From contig NC_043003.1 of assembly GCF_006345805.1 (NCBI RefSeq), forward strand, positions 61,132,001-61,196,000: DNA of 64,000 nucleotides, in the 5' to 3' direction. The notes under the pieces were generated by a model. The model saw only the letters and a list, made by a program, of their open reading frames with translations, was not told the origin of the DNA and made no database searches. Origin of the DNA: Octopus sinensis (lineage: Eukaryota). How positions within the stretch are numbered: position 1 is the stretch's first letter; each line of letters begins with the position of its first letter. A program made the position numbers and the translations under genes. This document shows, one piece after another, positions 41,083 to 53,720 of this stretch.

Positions 41083-41396
41083 TATATTGTAGAAAAGATC
41101 GTGGGTAAGGCCAGAACAATAACAATGCGAAGTAAATGCAAAGCAAATCACAAGAAAATAAATATATGAATTAATGCAGCCTTACTCTGCATTCAATATT
41201 TCGGGGTCATGACACCATTTTCAAGAAATTAACACACGCACATCGGCAACATTCGTTAATTTCTTGAAAATGGAGTCATAACGTTGAAATATTCAATGCA
41301 AGGTAAGTCTACATTAAATCATATTTGTTTTCTTGTCATTTGCCTTGCATCTACTTCCCATCATTCTGGCCTTACCCACGATCCTTTATACAATAT
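41083..41396. mobile_element. About 310-bp imperfect fold-back inside the microsatellite of a SINE A copy (40820-41592)
   Basis: Arms of about 145 bp are diverged reverse complements; TA-rich flanks; decayed HHR-like motif. Confidence 0.75.
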
Positions 41397-41403
41397 ATAT
41401 ATA

Positions 41404-41447
<44 letters not shown>

Positions 41448-42024
41448 GTATATACATACATATATAGGGGTATGTGTGTGTGTGTGTTTGTGCCTTATGA
41501 ATAAAGACCAGACTTCATATATAAATAATGGGATTCATTACTTCAAAGCGGTGCTCTAGGTAGGCCACAGGTCAATGACTAAAAGAAATAAACACAAAAG
41601 ATTAACGCAATTATTGCACAATGTCAGCAGTCAATAGAAGAATATGTGATAAAAAATGTTATCAATAATATATCTATTAAATTCAAACACAAACACTGAA
41701 CCATATCTTTTACGTGTTTCAGGCACTGGACTGTGGCCATGGTGAAATACTCCTTGGAGAGTTTTCTCTTAGTTGAACAAATCTACCCCAGTACTTATCT
41801 TTTTTAAAGTCTCGTACGAGTACTAAAAGACTCTAGCCGAAGCGTTAAGTCATGGGGACGTAAATATATCAACACTGGTTGTCAAACGGCGTTGCAGTAC
41901 AAACGTTAACATAAAGACACAGATTTATCAAATACATATTCACACACATATATACATGTATATATACACACACATATAAACATGTATATATACACACACA
42001 GGCACGCGCGCGTTTGTGTGTATG

Positions 42025-42103
<79 letters not shown>

Positions 42104-42106
<3 letters not shown>

Positions 42107-43370
42107 GGGTTTGCCAAATAATGGAAACACCTTGCATCATAGCATCATAATTTCGAAATATCTATAAAACCGTCAAAATCTTGTTTATTTTTGTTTATTT
42201 TTATTTATATTAGTGTTGCTTAATATATTTTTTCTAAAATTGTTGATTCCTTTCAGATATCATCAGAAAAGGGTAATTAGAATTCATTAAAATGAAAGAT
42301 CTATCGGACTTTCAAAGAGGTCAAATTGCTGGTGCTCGTATGGCAGGCGCTAGCGTAACGAAAACAGCCGAAATATTTGGTGTATCAAGAAGTACTGCCT
42401 CGAAAGTAATGACAGCCTTTGAGGAACAGGGAGAAACCACCTCGTCGAAACAAAATTCCGGAAGAAAACCAAAACTTTCAGATAGGGACCGCCTATTGTT
42501 AGAAAGGATCGTAAAAGTACAGCTCCCAAAATTACTGCAAAGCTTAATGACCACCTCGAGAATCCAGTTTTCACAAAAACTGTTCTCCGAGAGCTGCACA
42601 AAGCCGGATTGCGCGGGAGGGCTGCAATCCGAAAACTACTACTTTCAAAAACAAACGTTGCATAGAGTCTAGAGTGGAGTAAAGACCTACAGAATTGGTC
42701 CCTAGAGTAGTAGAAGAATGTTATTTTCTCGGAAGATTCATGCTTTACCTTATTTCCGACCACCGGCCGAGTGTACGTGTGTAGACAGCCAAAAGAAGCT
42801 TTTAACCCAGACTGCTTTCTTCCAACTGTTAAACATGAATGAGGATCTGTGATGATCTGTGCGTGTGGGGGTACTATATCTTGGAAATCCGACGGCCCAA
42901 TGATTTCTCTTCATGGCAGAATTAATAGTCAAGACTCTTTAAGCATTTTATCTGATCGAATTCATCTTATGGTTGTGGAACTTTTTCCGGAAGGAGAAGC
43001 AATATTTCAGGATGTTAATGCACTAATTCACACAACTAAAGTTGTTACTGAACGTCACGAGGAAAATTCTAGTGAAGTCGAACATCTTATCTAGCCACCA
43101 CAATCCCCAGATCTCAATATTACTGAACAGTCATGGTGCTTTTTAGAAAACCAAGTAAGGAGTCGATATCCTCCACCATCATCACTACAAGGACTGGAGA
43201 CTGTTTTAGTTGAAGAATGGACAAAAATTCCTTTGGAAACAATTCAAACTTTTTACGAATCCATAACCCGTAGAATTCAAGTTGTAATTACTGCCAAATA
43301 TGATCCTACCCTATATTAAAATAAATTTGTTTAAAATTTTAAGGTGTTTCCATTATTTTGTCCAACCTTG
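42104..43370 (+). mobile_element. Full-length Tc1-family DNA transposon
   Basis: TIRs of about 30 bp (CAGGGGTTTGCCAAATAATGGAAACACCTT / AAGGTGTTTCCATTATTTTGTCCAACCTTG), TA flanks, inserted in (TA)n. Confidence 0.95.
42292..43319 (+). pseudogene. Tc1 transposase pseudogene
   Basis: HTH region (MKDLSDFQRGQI...GVSRSTASK...GRKPKLSDRD), catalytic remnants FSEDS, QDVNA and PDLNITE; frameshifts and stops. Confidence 0.92.
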
Positions 43371-43372
43371 TA

Positions 43373-43464
<92 letters not shown>

Positions 43465-44629
43465 ATATACATATAATTATATGTAGCGATCGGGATTTAA
43501 ATTCCTAGACCGAGTGGTGCGCTGTTTTTTTGTGAGTAAAAGACTTCATCTGATGTTGCTCTGCGATCACTTTGACATCTGAGGCGTGGCACATGGTATA
43601 CCTGTTCAAGCAAAATGGATTTGATGGAGAGAATGAGCTAATGTGCGGCACATACACCTGATCACTATAAGCAAATCATTCGTGCAGGTTGTTCTGCAAA
43701 AGCTGAGCGGCGATTCGTCAAACACATATACTCGATAGTCTTCCACATAGTTTCCCTCTATAAAATTCATATTGGTCAGCTCGGGTTTACAGCAAAAGAC
43801 ACTTGCCCAAAGTACCACGCAGTGAAATTGAACCCAAAATAACTTGGTTTCAAAGCGAGCTTCTTAACTACACAAACATGTCTGCACCGAGATGAACAGA
43901 TGAAAATAGATTTAACTGAAATATCTCTTGGATAATTTAGAGAATGAGATAAACATTACGAAAGAAACCAAAATCCAATATGCCAATCAAAATCCGTAGC
44001 CTTGAAAACTCTTAAACATACAGCAAAATTCGTAACCATCTCACCATCTTACCTGGTCGTCAGTCATATTTATCTTTTCCATCGTCTTGCTCCTCATCCA
44101 TTATTTAATCTGACTCAACCACCATTATTTTCAGTTTCTATATAACTATTTTTAATACAAATAAATAGTCCTGGGCGGACAGGTAGCTTTAGGAAAAAAG
44201 TATCTTGATCAATACGTTTATTTTTAAAAATAAAATCAAAATTAAACAACAATGTACTGCCAGTTGCAAACATCACGAAAATATAGAACGCACTTCAGTC
44301 CTTAAGTTTCACTCAATGCATATAAGATGTATGCGAGCGGCTAAGATAGAAAATATTTATTCCAGACTCGCCACCAGCTGACTGCCTATGTGAGCCAACG
44401 TGCACACCTGTACGAGGTCGCTTGACTTTCTCGGAATAGCAGCTAAATCTTACACAAAATCACGCAGTACCGTCTTTAACAAGAAAGGACACAACGGATA
44501 ACGTAATCCTCGATATACTTATACTATATCTGAGAAACAAAAGGCTGGAGGGTGATGAATAGCCGGTCTTTTGACTATAATCATGTCTTCTTGGATCAGG
44601 AGGATATTTGAAATACATATATATTTTTT

Positions 44630-45010
44630 TATCTTTTACTTATTTCAGTCACTGAACTAAGGCCATGCTGGGGAAGCACTTTAGAAGTTATTGTTTTTTA
44701 GTCAAACCAATTGACTCCAATACTTACTTTTTTGAAAATCTGGTACGAATTCTATCTTTCCTTTTGACGAACAACTAAGTTATGGGGAAGTAAACAAACC
44801 AACATCGGTTATCAAACATTAGTGGGGACAAATACAAACACTAACACACACACAAACATATATATATATATATATATATATATGACGGGCTTCCGATTGG
44901 TTCCCATCTGCTACTGCTACTCGTAAGGTATTAGCGGGCTCGGGGTTATAATAGAAGAAACTTGTTGAAAGTACCGCACAGTAGGAGCTAACGCGAAACC
45001 ACATGGTTTC
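44630..45010 (-). mobile_element. SINE family A, degenerate
   Basis: Tail, microsatellite and head recognisable. Confidence 0.8.
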
Positions 45011-45176
45011 AAAATTTCAAGATTGGCTTCTCAACGACTTGGAAAAATATAATTCAATGAAAATAAATTCCAGTGATGTAATACAGTAAACATTCAAACA
45101 CCACTACATCAAAACTTTAGGAAAAAATGGTCTCTCTTAAATATCATCAGGTATTCAGAACTATACTCAACCATAC

Positions 45177-45335
45177 TTGCCAGAAAGGTCTATCTTTTTA
45201 AGAGTTACAATTTCTTTAAAGTTCCAACGGGGCACTACTGGCAACATGGAACCGTATTTTGAATGGAATGCAAATTGATCTAATGGTATCAAAGAAGGAG
45301 CTGACACTTCAGCTTGAATTGCAGCATTGAAGTTC
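45177..45335 (-). CDS. Candidate symmetric coding exon ending in an LRR-like motif (NFNAAIQAEVSAPSLIPLDQFAFHSKYGSMLPVVPRWNFKEIVTLKKIDLSG)
   Basis: 159 nt, phase 2 to phase 2, pyrimidine-rich acceptor, donor AA|GTATGG, open frame. The split AA codon would give the Asn of LxxLxLxxN if the next exon starts with C or T. Confidence 0.5.
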
Positions 45336-45839
45336 CTTTGGAGTCAACAAGAACAAAGTGAACAAGAATACCAAAAGTCATTTCTTCTATTCTGTTGTCT
45401 TTACAATGCTCCTTCAAATTTTGGGAAATAGGCGAACAATTTTTAGGGAAGGGGATATATCAATTACATCGAACCCTGCACTCGATTGATTTTCATTTTA
45501 TCGACCCCGAAAAAGAAATAGGTGAAGATGAATTTTAATTCAGGACGTAAGGATTCGGAAGAAATTCCGCAAAGCATTTTTTGCGACTCTCTAACAACTC
45601 TGCCAACTCTCACCGCTTTACTGCCTTTGCAATATTGAATGTAGCTTAAGTAATTCAAACACAAGAATCTATTTATTATCAAGAAATTAATCAACACACT
45701 TTACATGATGGAATAAGATATGAAAAGAATTTGACAAAATTTGACAAAGGAAAGACGCTAGAGTATAAAATATAAAACGACGTCCACAAACTTATTTTTT
45801 AAAAAAGTGAAGAAAAATTAATTAAGAATAATTTAACAG

Positions 45840-46155
45840 ACACTTCGACGGTTACGACGGCGAGGGCACTAGTTGATCCGACCAACGGAACAGCCTGCTC
45901 GTGACATTAACGTGCAAGCGATTGATCGCTCCAGACACATACCTTTAACGTTGTTCTCGGGGAGATTCAGCGTGACGCAAAATATAACAAGGCTGGCCCT
46001 TTGATAAACATGTACTAATCATTTTTGTTAGTTGATGGAGTGGAGCAACGTGAAGTGAAATGTATGACTCAAGGACACAACGCGCTGTTGGGAATCGAAC
46101 TGACTACTTTACGATTGTGAGCCGAATACCTTAACCACTTAGCCATGTGCCTTAA
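45840..46155 (-). mobile_element. SINE family C, near full length
   Basis: Head and tail match the other copies. Confidence 0.8.
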
Positions 46156-46768
46156 CAAGGATTATTCAAGAAACTCTGGATCAGCAAAGTAGCCGTCACT
46201 CACGAGTGAGATTGATTTCGTAGCCCGTATCATGCTTTTGTTAATTGTTTTATGTGCCTGTATAGTCGAGGAACAGATACAGACATCCCACCGGGTCCCT
46301 CACTTCGGATCCTGTGAAACATTCAGGATGTCAAGGTTGTAATGTGTTTCAGTACCTAGCAGATCTCATTACAGCTGAGTAAACTGGGGAAACGTGAAAT
46401 GAAGTGTCATACTCAAGTACTGCGATCCAGTCGAGGAATTGAACCCACGATCCTATTATTATAAGCTTAACAACATAACCACCAAACCACCTAATTTCAA
46501 TAACGAAATACTTAAACAGAAATAATGTCAGAATCCCAACTGAGTTACATATGAAATATGACGAATTATGTCAGGCAATTACAAATTACATAATCTAAGA
46601 GTAACGGCTCTTATATCTTCTGTTATCAATTCTGAATTATTTCTTTTGCAAATTTCTTGCATAAAGAATATTTACCTTTCTTCCATACACTAGTAAAGAA
46701 AGGTAAGATATCTTTAATACCTGTAATTCGATAGTACAAAAATGTTAGCTTCTATTGAACATGCTTAC

Positions 46769-46991
46769 GTATCTCAGAGAAATGTGTGTTAACAGCTTAT
46801 CTCTCTCCAGTTCGTATGATATCAATTTGTTATTCTGTCGCGAATCATTTTGGCAAACTGGGTCTTCTAACTTTGCAATATGCATTCTCAGGAACTGGTA
46901 GCGTGTAAAATCTTCGTTGGAGACAATAAATTTTCTTTTCACGATAATATGAAGATATTCATTGCTTGAGCTATCAACTGTCTCATTCCAA
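46769..46991 (-). CDS. Candidate coding exon (WNETVDSSSNEYLHIIVKRKFIVSNEDFTRYQFLRMHIAKLEDPVC...ISLRY)
   Basis: 74 open codons and donor TAC|GTAAGC; the acceptor is weak. Motif similarity to the 22.4/17.2-kb candidate chain. Confidence 0.42.
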
Positions 46992-47469
46992 CTTCAGTGT
47001 TTACCTCAAAAGAATATCATCATAAAATTTCCCAGAATACTTCTTTCATAATATTTAAGCAAGAGAAAAAAAATTGACAAAATTATCTAGACTACGCAAT
47101 AAGCTGCTCTCTCTCTCTCTCTCCTTTTCTCTTTCTCTCTTTCTCTCACTCTTTCTCTCTCTCTCTCTTTTGTTTCCTATTTTTCTCCACCCCCTCTCTC
47201 TCTCTCTTTCTTTGTATATCTATCTATCTATCAACATACAAACACGCATACACACGTGTGTATGTGTATGTATGTGTGTGTGTGCGTGTGTGCGCGCGCA
47301 TGTGTATGTATTCGCTAGCATCGAACAATGAGAAACATCGTTCAATACCGTAGTGGTGGGTAAATGTCTTTTATTTGTTAAATGCTTGGATAACTGTGGA
47401 GTTCTTCTCCAGATGAAACTATTGGTTGCCTTGTTAATCCACCTATGTATCTGTCTATCTATCTATCTA

Positions 47470-47505
<36 letters not shown>

Positions 47506-47569
47506 TCTCTCTCGCTCGCTCTTTCTCTCTCACTCTCTCTCTCTCTCTGTATATATATATATATATATA

Positions 47570-48504
47570 TCACCTTGATCACCTTGACCGATCAGTCCGT
47601 CAGGCGTCCATTTGACACCGCTGGTCACAGCGCGCCTTTCTCATCCACGCGATCCCAATCGCCCTCCTGAAATCGTAACTCCAACGTCATGGAGGCCTTC
47701 CGGGTGGTCGTTTCCGCTCGCGTGGGTACCACTCGACAACTGCGCGGGTCCACCGATTATCGGTGAGCCGGGCAACGTGTCCAGCCCATCTAAGCTTGCT
47801 GCGTGTATACTCTCGTGTATACGCCGGACTTCTTTCAGATAATCTCGCTACTGATGTGCTCTCTCAACGAGATACCTAGCATTGCCCTTTCCATGGCTCT
47901 TTGAGTCGTTACCAGTCTCTGCTCTTCTCTCTTTGTGGTAGCCCATGTTTCACTACCATATAACATTGCAGGTAGAACTGTACTGTTGATGAGGTTGGCG
48001 CGGTGGTCCTGTCCAACCTTCCCTTGAGCACACCCCTTATGACGTGAAACCCCTTCCATCCGGCCCTTACTCTCCATGAGATCTCCTTTTCGATATCTCG
48101 GCACATATTCACTTCCTGTCCCAAGTAGACATATTATTTTACCTCCTCTATTTCATCACTGCCGATCACCATTCGACCTGTTGGTACGTTGTCTGACCGC
48201 ATGAACTTCGTTTTCATGCGGTTCATCTTGAGACCTACTGCAGAGCTTTTGATGTCAGCGATGAGTACGATGTCGTCCGCGAAACGGAGGTGGGTGAGGA
48301 GCTCGCCGTTGATATTGACACCGCCTTGCCAGTCGATGCCTCTCATAATCTGTACGAGACATGAGGAGAAAAGTTTTGGGGAGATCGTATCTCCTTGCTT
48401 CACTCCCTTCTCAGAGGCAAGGAGTCGAGGCGCAATATGTGCAACTGCTCAGGGAGACAAATTCCGGATGCACTACCGACATAGCTCTACTGTCATCACT
48501 CGTA
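47570..48504 (-). mobile_element. 5'-truncated RTE-clade LINE with an inverted 5' segment (48410-48504)
   Basis: RT motifs QGDTISPKLF, LRFADDIVL and GLKMN..KTK on the minus strand; the preceding RT segment QRQGVEAQYVQLLRETNSGCTTDIALL is on the plus strand; tail (CAAGGTGAT)x2; (TA)n flanks. Confidence 0.9.
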
Positions 48505-48506
48505 TA

Positions 48507-48547
<41 letters not shown>

Positions 48548-48949
48548 CAAATAAGAAAATCGAGAAACAATTTAGTTGGTTCATCAGTATTCGGATATTA
48601 GAATGCTGACTTATTTATTCATTTAACAAAAACGAGAACCTTAATAACATACATATATACATAATAATTCAATACATATAAGATAAGAATACAATTATAA
48701 AAATCTTAATATGAATTATTGAAATCATTAAAATCACTCTTACAGCTGTTTCAGCCTATAGATAAAAGTAGTTTTTTTTCCAGTGCCTATAGTTGTCAAT
48801 TATATTGAGGTTGTAGGCATTTAAAAATAGGGTACTTATATATAACCATAGGCCTCGTCAGAGATTATAAAGAACTTTAAAAATTTTAAAACATGAAACA
48901 GGGCACACGTACAATTTAATATATATAAATATAAACAAATATCCATATA

Positions 48950-48959
48950 TATATAGATA

Positions 48960-49003
<44 letters not shown>

Positions 49004-49081
49004 TAGATAGATAGGTAGATAGAGAGAGAGAGAGAGAGAGAGAGACAGATAGACAGACAGACAGATAGATAGGTAGGTAGG

Positions 49082-49175
<94 letters not shown>
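48950..49175. repeat. (GATA)n/(GACA)n/(GA)n compound microsatellite
   Basis: Direct reading. Confidence 0.95.
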
Positions 49176-49176
<1 letters not shown>

Positions 49177-49181
49177 GTGGT

Positions 49182-49504
49182 AAAGTTTATTAGGCAACAT
49201 AACGTGGCAGTCCTCACTAGGACTATGTTACTACATTTTAACACCAGGAAAACATATTTTCCAGCTGGTTAATCGACACATGATATGTGTCCTAGATATA
49301 CTGTAAGCAAGGGGGCTAACTGCTCCCTTCAAGCCGTTGGCAGTACCAGCAGGCAGTCGTGAGTAGTGAGTACCGTTGCTTACAGTATGTCTAGGAAACA
49401 GATCATGTGTCAACAAATCAACTGGAAAATATGTTTTCCTGGGGTTAAAATGTAGTAACATAGTCCTAGCCTGGACTGTCGCGTTATGTTGGCGGCTAAA
49501 CTTT
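49182..49504. mobile_element. MITE-like fold-back (arms of about 128 bp, 65-bp spacer)
   Basis: 49182-49310 is a diverged reverse complement of 49376-49504; no HHR core seen. Confidence 0.75.
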
Positions 49505-49621
49505 ATTATCCAGTCCTGTTACTACTTAAATCTCAGCCATGGATTAAAACTAGTTGTTTTTCTCAATATATATATATATATATATATATACGCGAGAAAG
49601 AAGCAACAAGAATGGATAGGT

Positions 49622-49712
49622 TTTTAGTACGATCGTTTCATACAAGGACAGGTTTTATTAAAAGTTGCAAAGATTACAGCATATAAACGAGTCCCGTACT
49701 CATCAGCTAAAA
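49622..49712 (-). ncRNA. Near-canonical type-I HHR in a PLE fragment (49593-50118, inverted ends)
   Basis: UUUUAG-CUGAUGA-GUAC..GGAC/GUCC..GUAU-GAAAC-GAUC-GUA^CUAAAA: 6-bp stem I and palindromic ACGAUCGU. A partial inverted copy lies at 50066-50118. Confidence 0.8.
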
Positions 49713-50234
49713 TACATGTAAGTTCTCTAGACATCCTAGTGTTTGAGGCTATACTCATGAAGTAATGTAGATAATTAAACAGATTCTAAAGTTCATTAAA
49801 GTTCTTAAAGATGATGTATAGTCTTATCACAGAATATTAAAAAAGTTTTGATAGCATCACAGAGAAGGTGACCTAATCCATATGAATTTCCATAGATATG
49901 ATGAGGGATTATATACTCACAGAAGACAAATTATCCATTGTTATTAGCATTACAGAGAGGGTGAATTAATCCTTTGTATATATGCACAGATTCCAATGGG
50001 GTAGATGTAAATTTCCAGAGAAATGGAGATGATTTCATATTCACAGGCGATAAATTTTACAATGGTTGTATGAAACGATCGTACTAAAAACCTATCCATT
50101 CTTGTTGCTTCTTCTCGCTTATAATCACCCCACATTACTGTATTGTTAAATCAGTATAGTTTTTTTTGGTGCATCTAAGTTAGGTACCATATCAAGTAAA
50201 TTTTTTTAAATTAACTTGAATCTTTATTGCTCTT

Positions 50235-50300
<66 letters not shown>

Positions 50301-50422
50301 ACAAGATAGGGGCAGAAGAAAAATTCTAATGTCAGACACACCGAAACAAAAACTTGTCGGTAACCATTAAAATTTATGCGTCTCGAAACAAACCGATAGA
50401 AATCTCTAAAACATTCGTTATT

Positions 50423-50479
50423 ACCGTATTGGTCCAATTTCGGGGTTAATTCACAAGAAATTTTCCCCTCTTCAGCGGC
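50423..50479 (-). ncRNA. Type-I HHR (left arm)
   Basis: GCCG-CUGAAGA-GGGG..CCCC-GAAAUUGGACCAAUA^CGGU. Confidence 0.85.
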
Positions 50480-50822
50480 AAACACGCTAGATATAAATGA
50501 AATACTTACTCATACCCATGGAAGAAGCAAGCACCAAGTCCCGAGCAGACTTAAGTACCCCAAATATATCCAAAATAGAAAAATCTTCGGCGCACCTCGA
50601 GACACGTGTGATTCGACCTAGAAACTTTCACAGAGTGATAGAATCCGGAAGTGAACACTAATCTATTTATAATTGATATAGGATAAAATTTTATCCTTGC
50701 CGAAGGTGCGCCGAAGATTTTTTTTATTTTGGATATATTTGGGGTACTTAAGTCTGCTCGGGACTTGGTGCTTGCTTCTTCCATGGGTATGAGTAAGTAT
50801 TTCATTTATATCTCGCGTGTTT

Positions 50823-50879
50823 GCCGCTGAAGAGGGGGAATTTTCTTGTGAATTAACCCCGAAATTGGACCAATACGGT
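50823..50879 (+). ncRNA. Type-I HHR (right arm)
   Basis: Same fold: stem I UUGCCG/CGGUAA, G10.1-C11.1 pair, stem III AUUGG-A-CCAAU, predicted cleavage after 50875. Confidence 0.85.
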
Positions 50880-51161
50880 AATAACGAATTTTTTAGAGAT
50901 TTCTATCGGTTTGTTTCGAGACGCATAAATTTAATGGTTATCGACAATTTTTTGTTTCGGTGTATCTGGCATTAGAATTTTTCTTTTCCCCCTATCTTGT
51001 AAATTATGTATAAATTTTACCTTTAAAGGCATTTTTTGATATGCTGGCCATTGATAAAAAATTATTCCCGAAATTTTATCCTATATCAATTATATATATA
51101 TATATATATTTTGATATATATATATATATTATTGATATATATATATATATATATATATTAT

Positions 51162-51200
<39 letters not shown>

Positions 51201-51297
51201 ATATATATATGTATATAGATAGATAGATATACATATGTATGTATATGTATATACATGTGTGTGTGTGTAACTATGTATTATGTATGTATATGTATAT

Positions 51298-51332
<35 letters not shown>

Positions 51333-51334
<2 letters not shown>

Positions 51335-51439
51335 TATTATATAGAAGGAGCTTCTACGGGACTAGAACTGTTTCATTCAAGAGAAATCTTCTTGAATGAA
51401 ACATTTCTAGTCCTGTAGAAGCTCCTTCTATATAATAAA
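51333..51439. repeat. 107-nt near-perfect hairpin
   Basis: Arms of about 50 nt with two to three mismatches and a loop of about 7 nt, set between (TA)n tracts. Confidence 0.9.
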
Positions 51440-51504
51440 TTAATTTTACTCTGCTATGTATTGAGTACCTTATTTACTGTGGTTAACCCCGAATCAACCG
51501 GGAC

Positions 51505-51580
<76 letters not shown>

Positions 51581-52016
51581 ATATATATATGTATTATGTA
51601 CATATATATAATTTGACTGATTGAATAAATGTGGTTATTAGGATTTCACTTTTATGTTCGTACTATGCAAGACGGTAGAGAATATAATTATTGTGTGACT
51701 TATTAGATTGGTCGCTGTTTTGTTACGTATTTCGGAATTGGTTGTAATTTGCTTATTGAATTTATTTACCGATATAGTTGTACATAGGGTAAATGTGCTT
51801 GAGAGTTGTGGTTTCTTTGATATGTTAGTTCCCAAACACATCTATTGTAATGCTGTTGACACCGCCGGATTGAATGGTACAGCCCAGGTCTCGAAACTAT
51901 AATGAAATCTGTGGGCCAGCTGATGATGGAGGTATGTTGGATTGTTGGTATGTCTGTTTTTGTACATGTGGAATAGTATTATAACACATAATGTTGATGT
52001 ATATATACATACATGC

Positions 52017-52047
<31 letters not shown>

Positions 52048-52069
52048 CATACATACATACATACATACA

Positions 52070-52100
<31 letters not shown>

Positions 52101-52339
52101 CTATATATATATATAAGGGGAATATTTTTATGTTGTATGTCTCATTTCTCTGGGGTTTTTTTGTTGTTCGACAAAAAGTTCGTTTTCTATGTTTTTGTTT
52201 TTATGTTTTCGTTTCTCATTGTGTTCAACGTTTTCTTTTATGTCCTGTAACCATATATTCATGTAAATGTACATATATATGTACATATGTATGTACATAT
52301 GTATGTACTTATATGTATGGATATATAAATATGTATGTA

Positions 52340-52449
52340 TGTCTAAGTTTTATATCAAGATTTCCTGCCAATAGAGAAAGAGCCGGTTTGTAACGTACAT
52401 CCAAGGCTCCTTCATTGGAATATCTACACCAACAGGGTATTTTTTATGC

Positions 52450-52482
<33 letters not shown>

Positions 52483-53720
52483 TGTATTAATGTGCAGATT
52501 TGTATGTTTTATGTATGTATTCTCATGCATATAGTTGCATATCTAGACATGCTCATATATATTTAAATGAAAAACTTCTGGAAAGCTTTAGATTTTTACA
52601 GTTCCAGTGATGGATGGGATCTGTAGTCTTCGAATAAGCTTTCTCATTTCTGATTTTGAAAAGCCTAATTTCTCAAGACTGATATTTAGGCAGTGTGTAA
52701 CATATCGATGGGACCTAATAATTACAGGCATAAACCTGAACTTATAATCTGGATAGAGTAACTGCAGATTTCTCAATAGTTCAGCGTTATTGTTCGCATT
52801 TTCACTAAGCATCAGCTAATATTAACATCCGCTGGGAAGCTGATTTCTACAAATGTACACAGTTTCTCTTTATCCCAAACCATTGTATCAGGTCTGAGGT
52901 GCTTACATTCTATTAAGGGTTTCAATGGAATATTCCACCAGTATTCCTTTTTATTATGGGGGGGGTATGGTTTCTAGCATATTGTGGATTCTTATTTCTT
53001 TCTGCTCAGGATTATCCTTCTGACGGATTTCATTTTATAGTGTCCAAGCAACAATATCATGTCTCATCGGTAGATAATAGCGTGATCACATTTTCGGACA
53101 ACTGGTTATGATGTGAGTGATATCTTCGGTGAAAACTCCATAAAGTTTGCATCGGTTATCACATTTTACTATTTTCTTGCATCTCTATCCCTTTTGTGTA
53201 TCAGGCCTTTAGTTAATATTTCCTGTTCCTGGATTGCAAATGCATACCCTTCGAAGTGGGAGATAGTAATTGGGTTATTGATCCATGATAAGCTGCTTTG
53301 ATGATCAATGTTACTATCATCACGGAGCTTTCTACTAACACATCCATGCATGGTCTTCTGCTCATATATGCTCATCCTTTCATCTGATGTTACACTGCGG
53401 TAGAGCCGTGCGACTTCTTTTGGCGTGTATTTAAGGTTATCAGATAAGGAATGCTGGTCAAGGAGCTGCCTTCCAAGTTATCAGCCTCATGCATGCAAAC
53501 TTGGTCAAATGATGCATTTCGACACTTGGTAGTTAAAAGATATTGCTGAAGGGATATGATACGACATTCAAAGGCATTTTGGATCGATGTTAAGCTCCTG
53601 CCGCCTTGTTTTCTTTTTATGTAGAGGCGGTCTACATCAATGTTTATGTGGACATTATGTCTGCTTATCAGTATTTTCGGGTTTTTCACATCAATGACTC
53701 GGAACTCATCAAGCATTCAA
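52340..53720 (-). mobile_element. R4/Dong-type LINE 3' half (thumb, zinc knuckle, restriction-like endonuclease, 3' UTR)
   Basis: RLYIKRKQGGRSL, EGYAFAIQEQ, SCPK..RHDIVA and RPD.MVWDKEKLCTFVEISFPAD motifs; frameshifted. Confidence 0.88.

Larger units (their letters stand above)
50297..51095. mobile_element. Young PLE-type fold-back with inverted arms of about 300 bp, each carrying an intact HHR
   Basis: Arms about 50297-50600 and 50702-51005; (TA)n on both flanks. Confidence 0.88.

Noticed and set aside
46992-47050. Signal peptide upstream of the 46.8-kb exon rescued by A-to-I editing of two TGA stops
   Set aside because: The upstream ATG-AAA is not in frame, so it would need a frameshift as well; unsupported.
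51880-51935. Permuted (type II) hammerhead from GAAAC followed by CUGAUGA
   Set aside because: Stems II and III do not pair convincingly.
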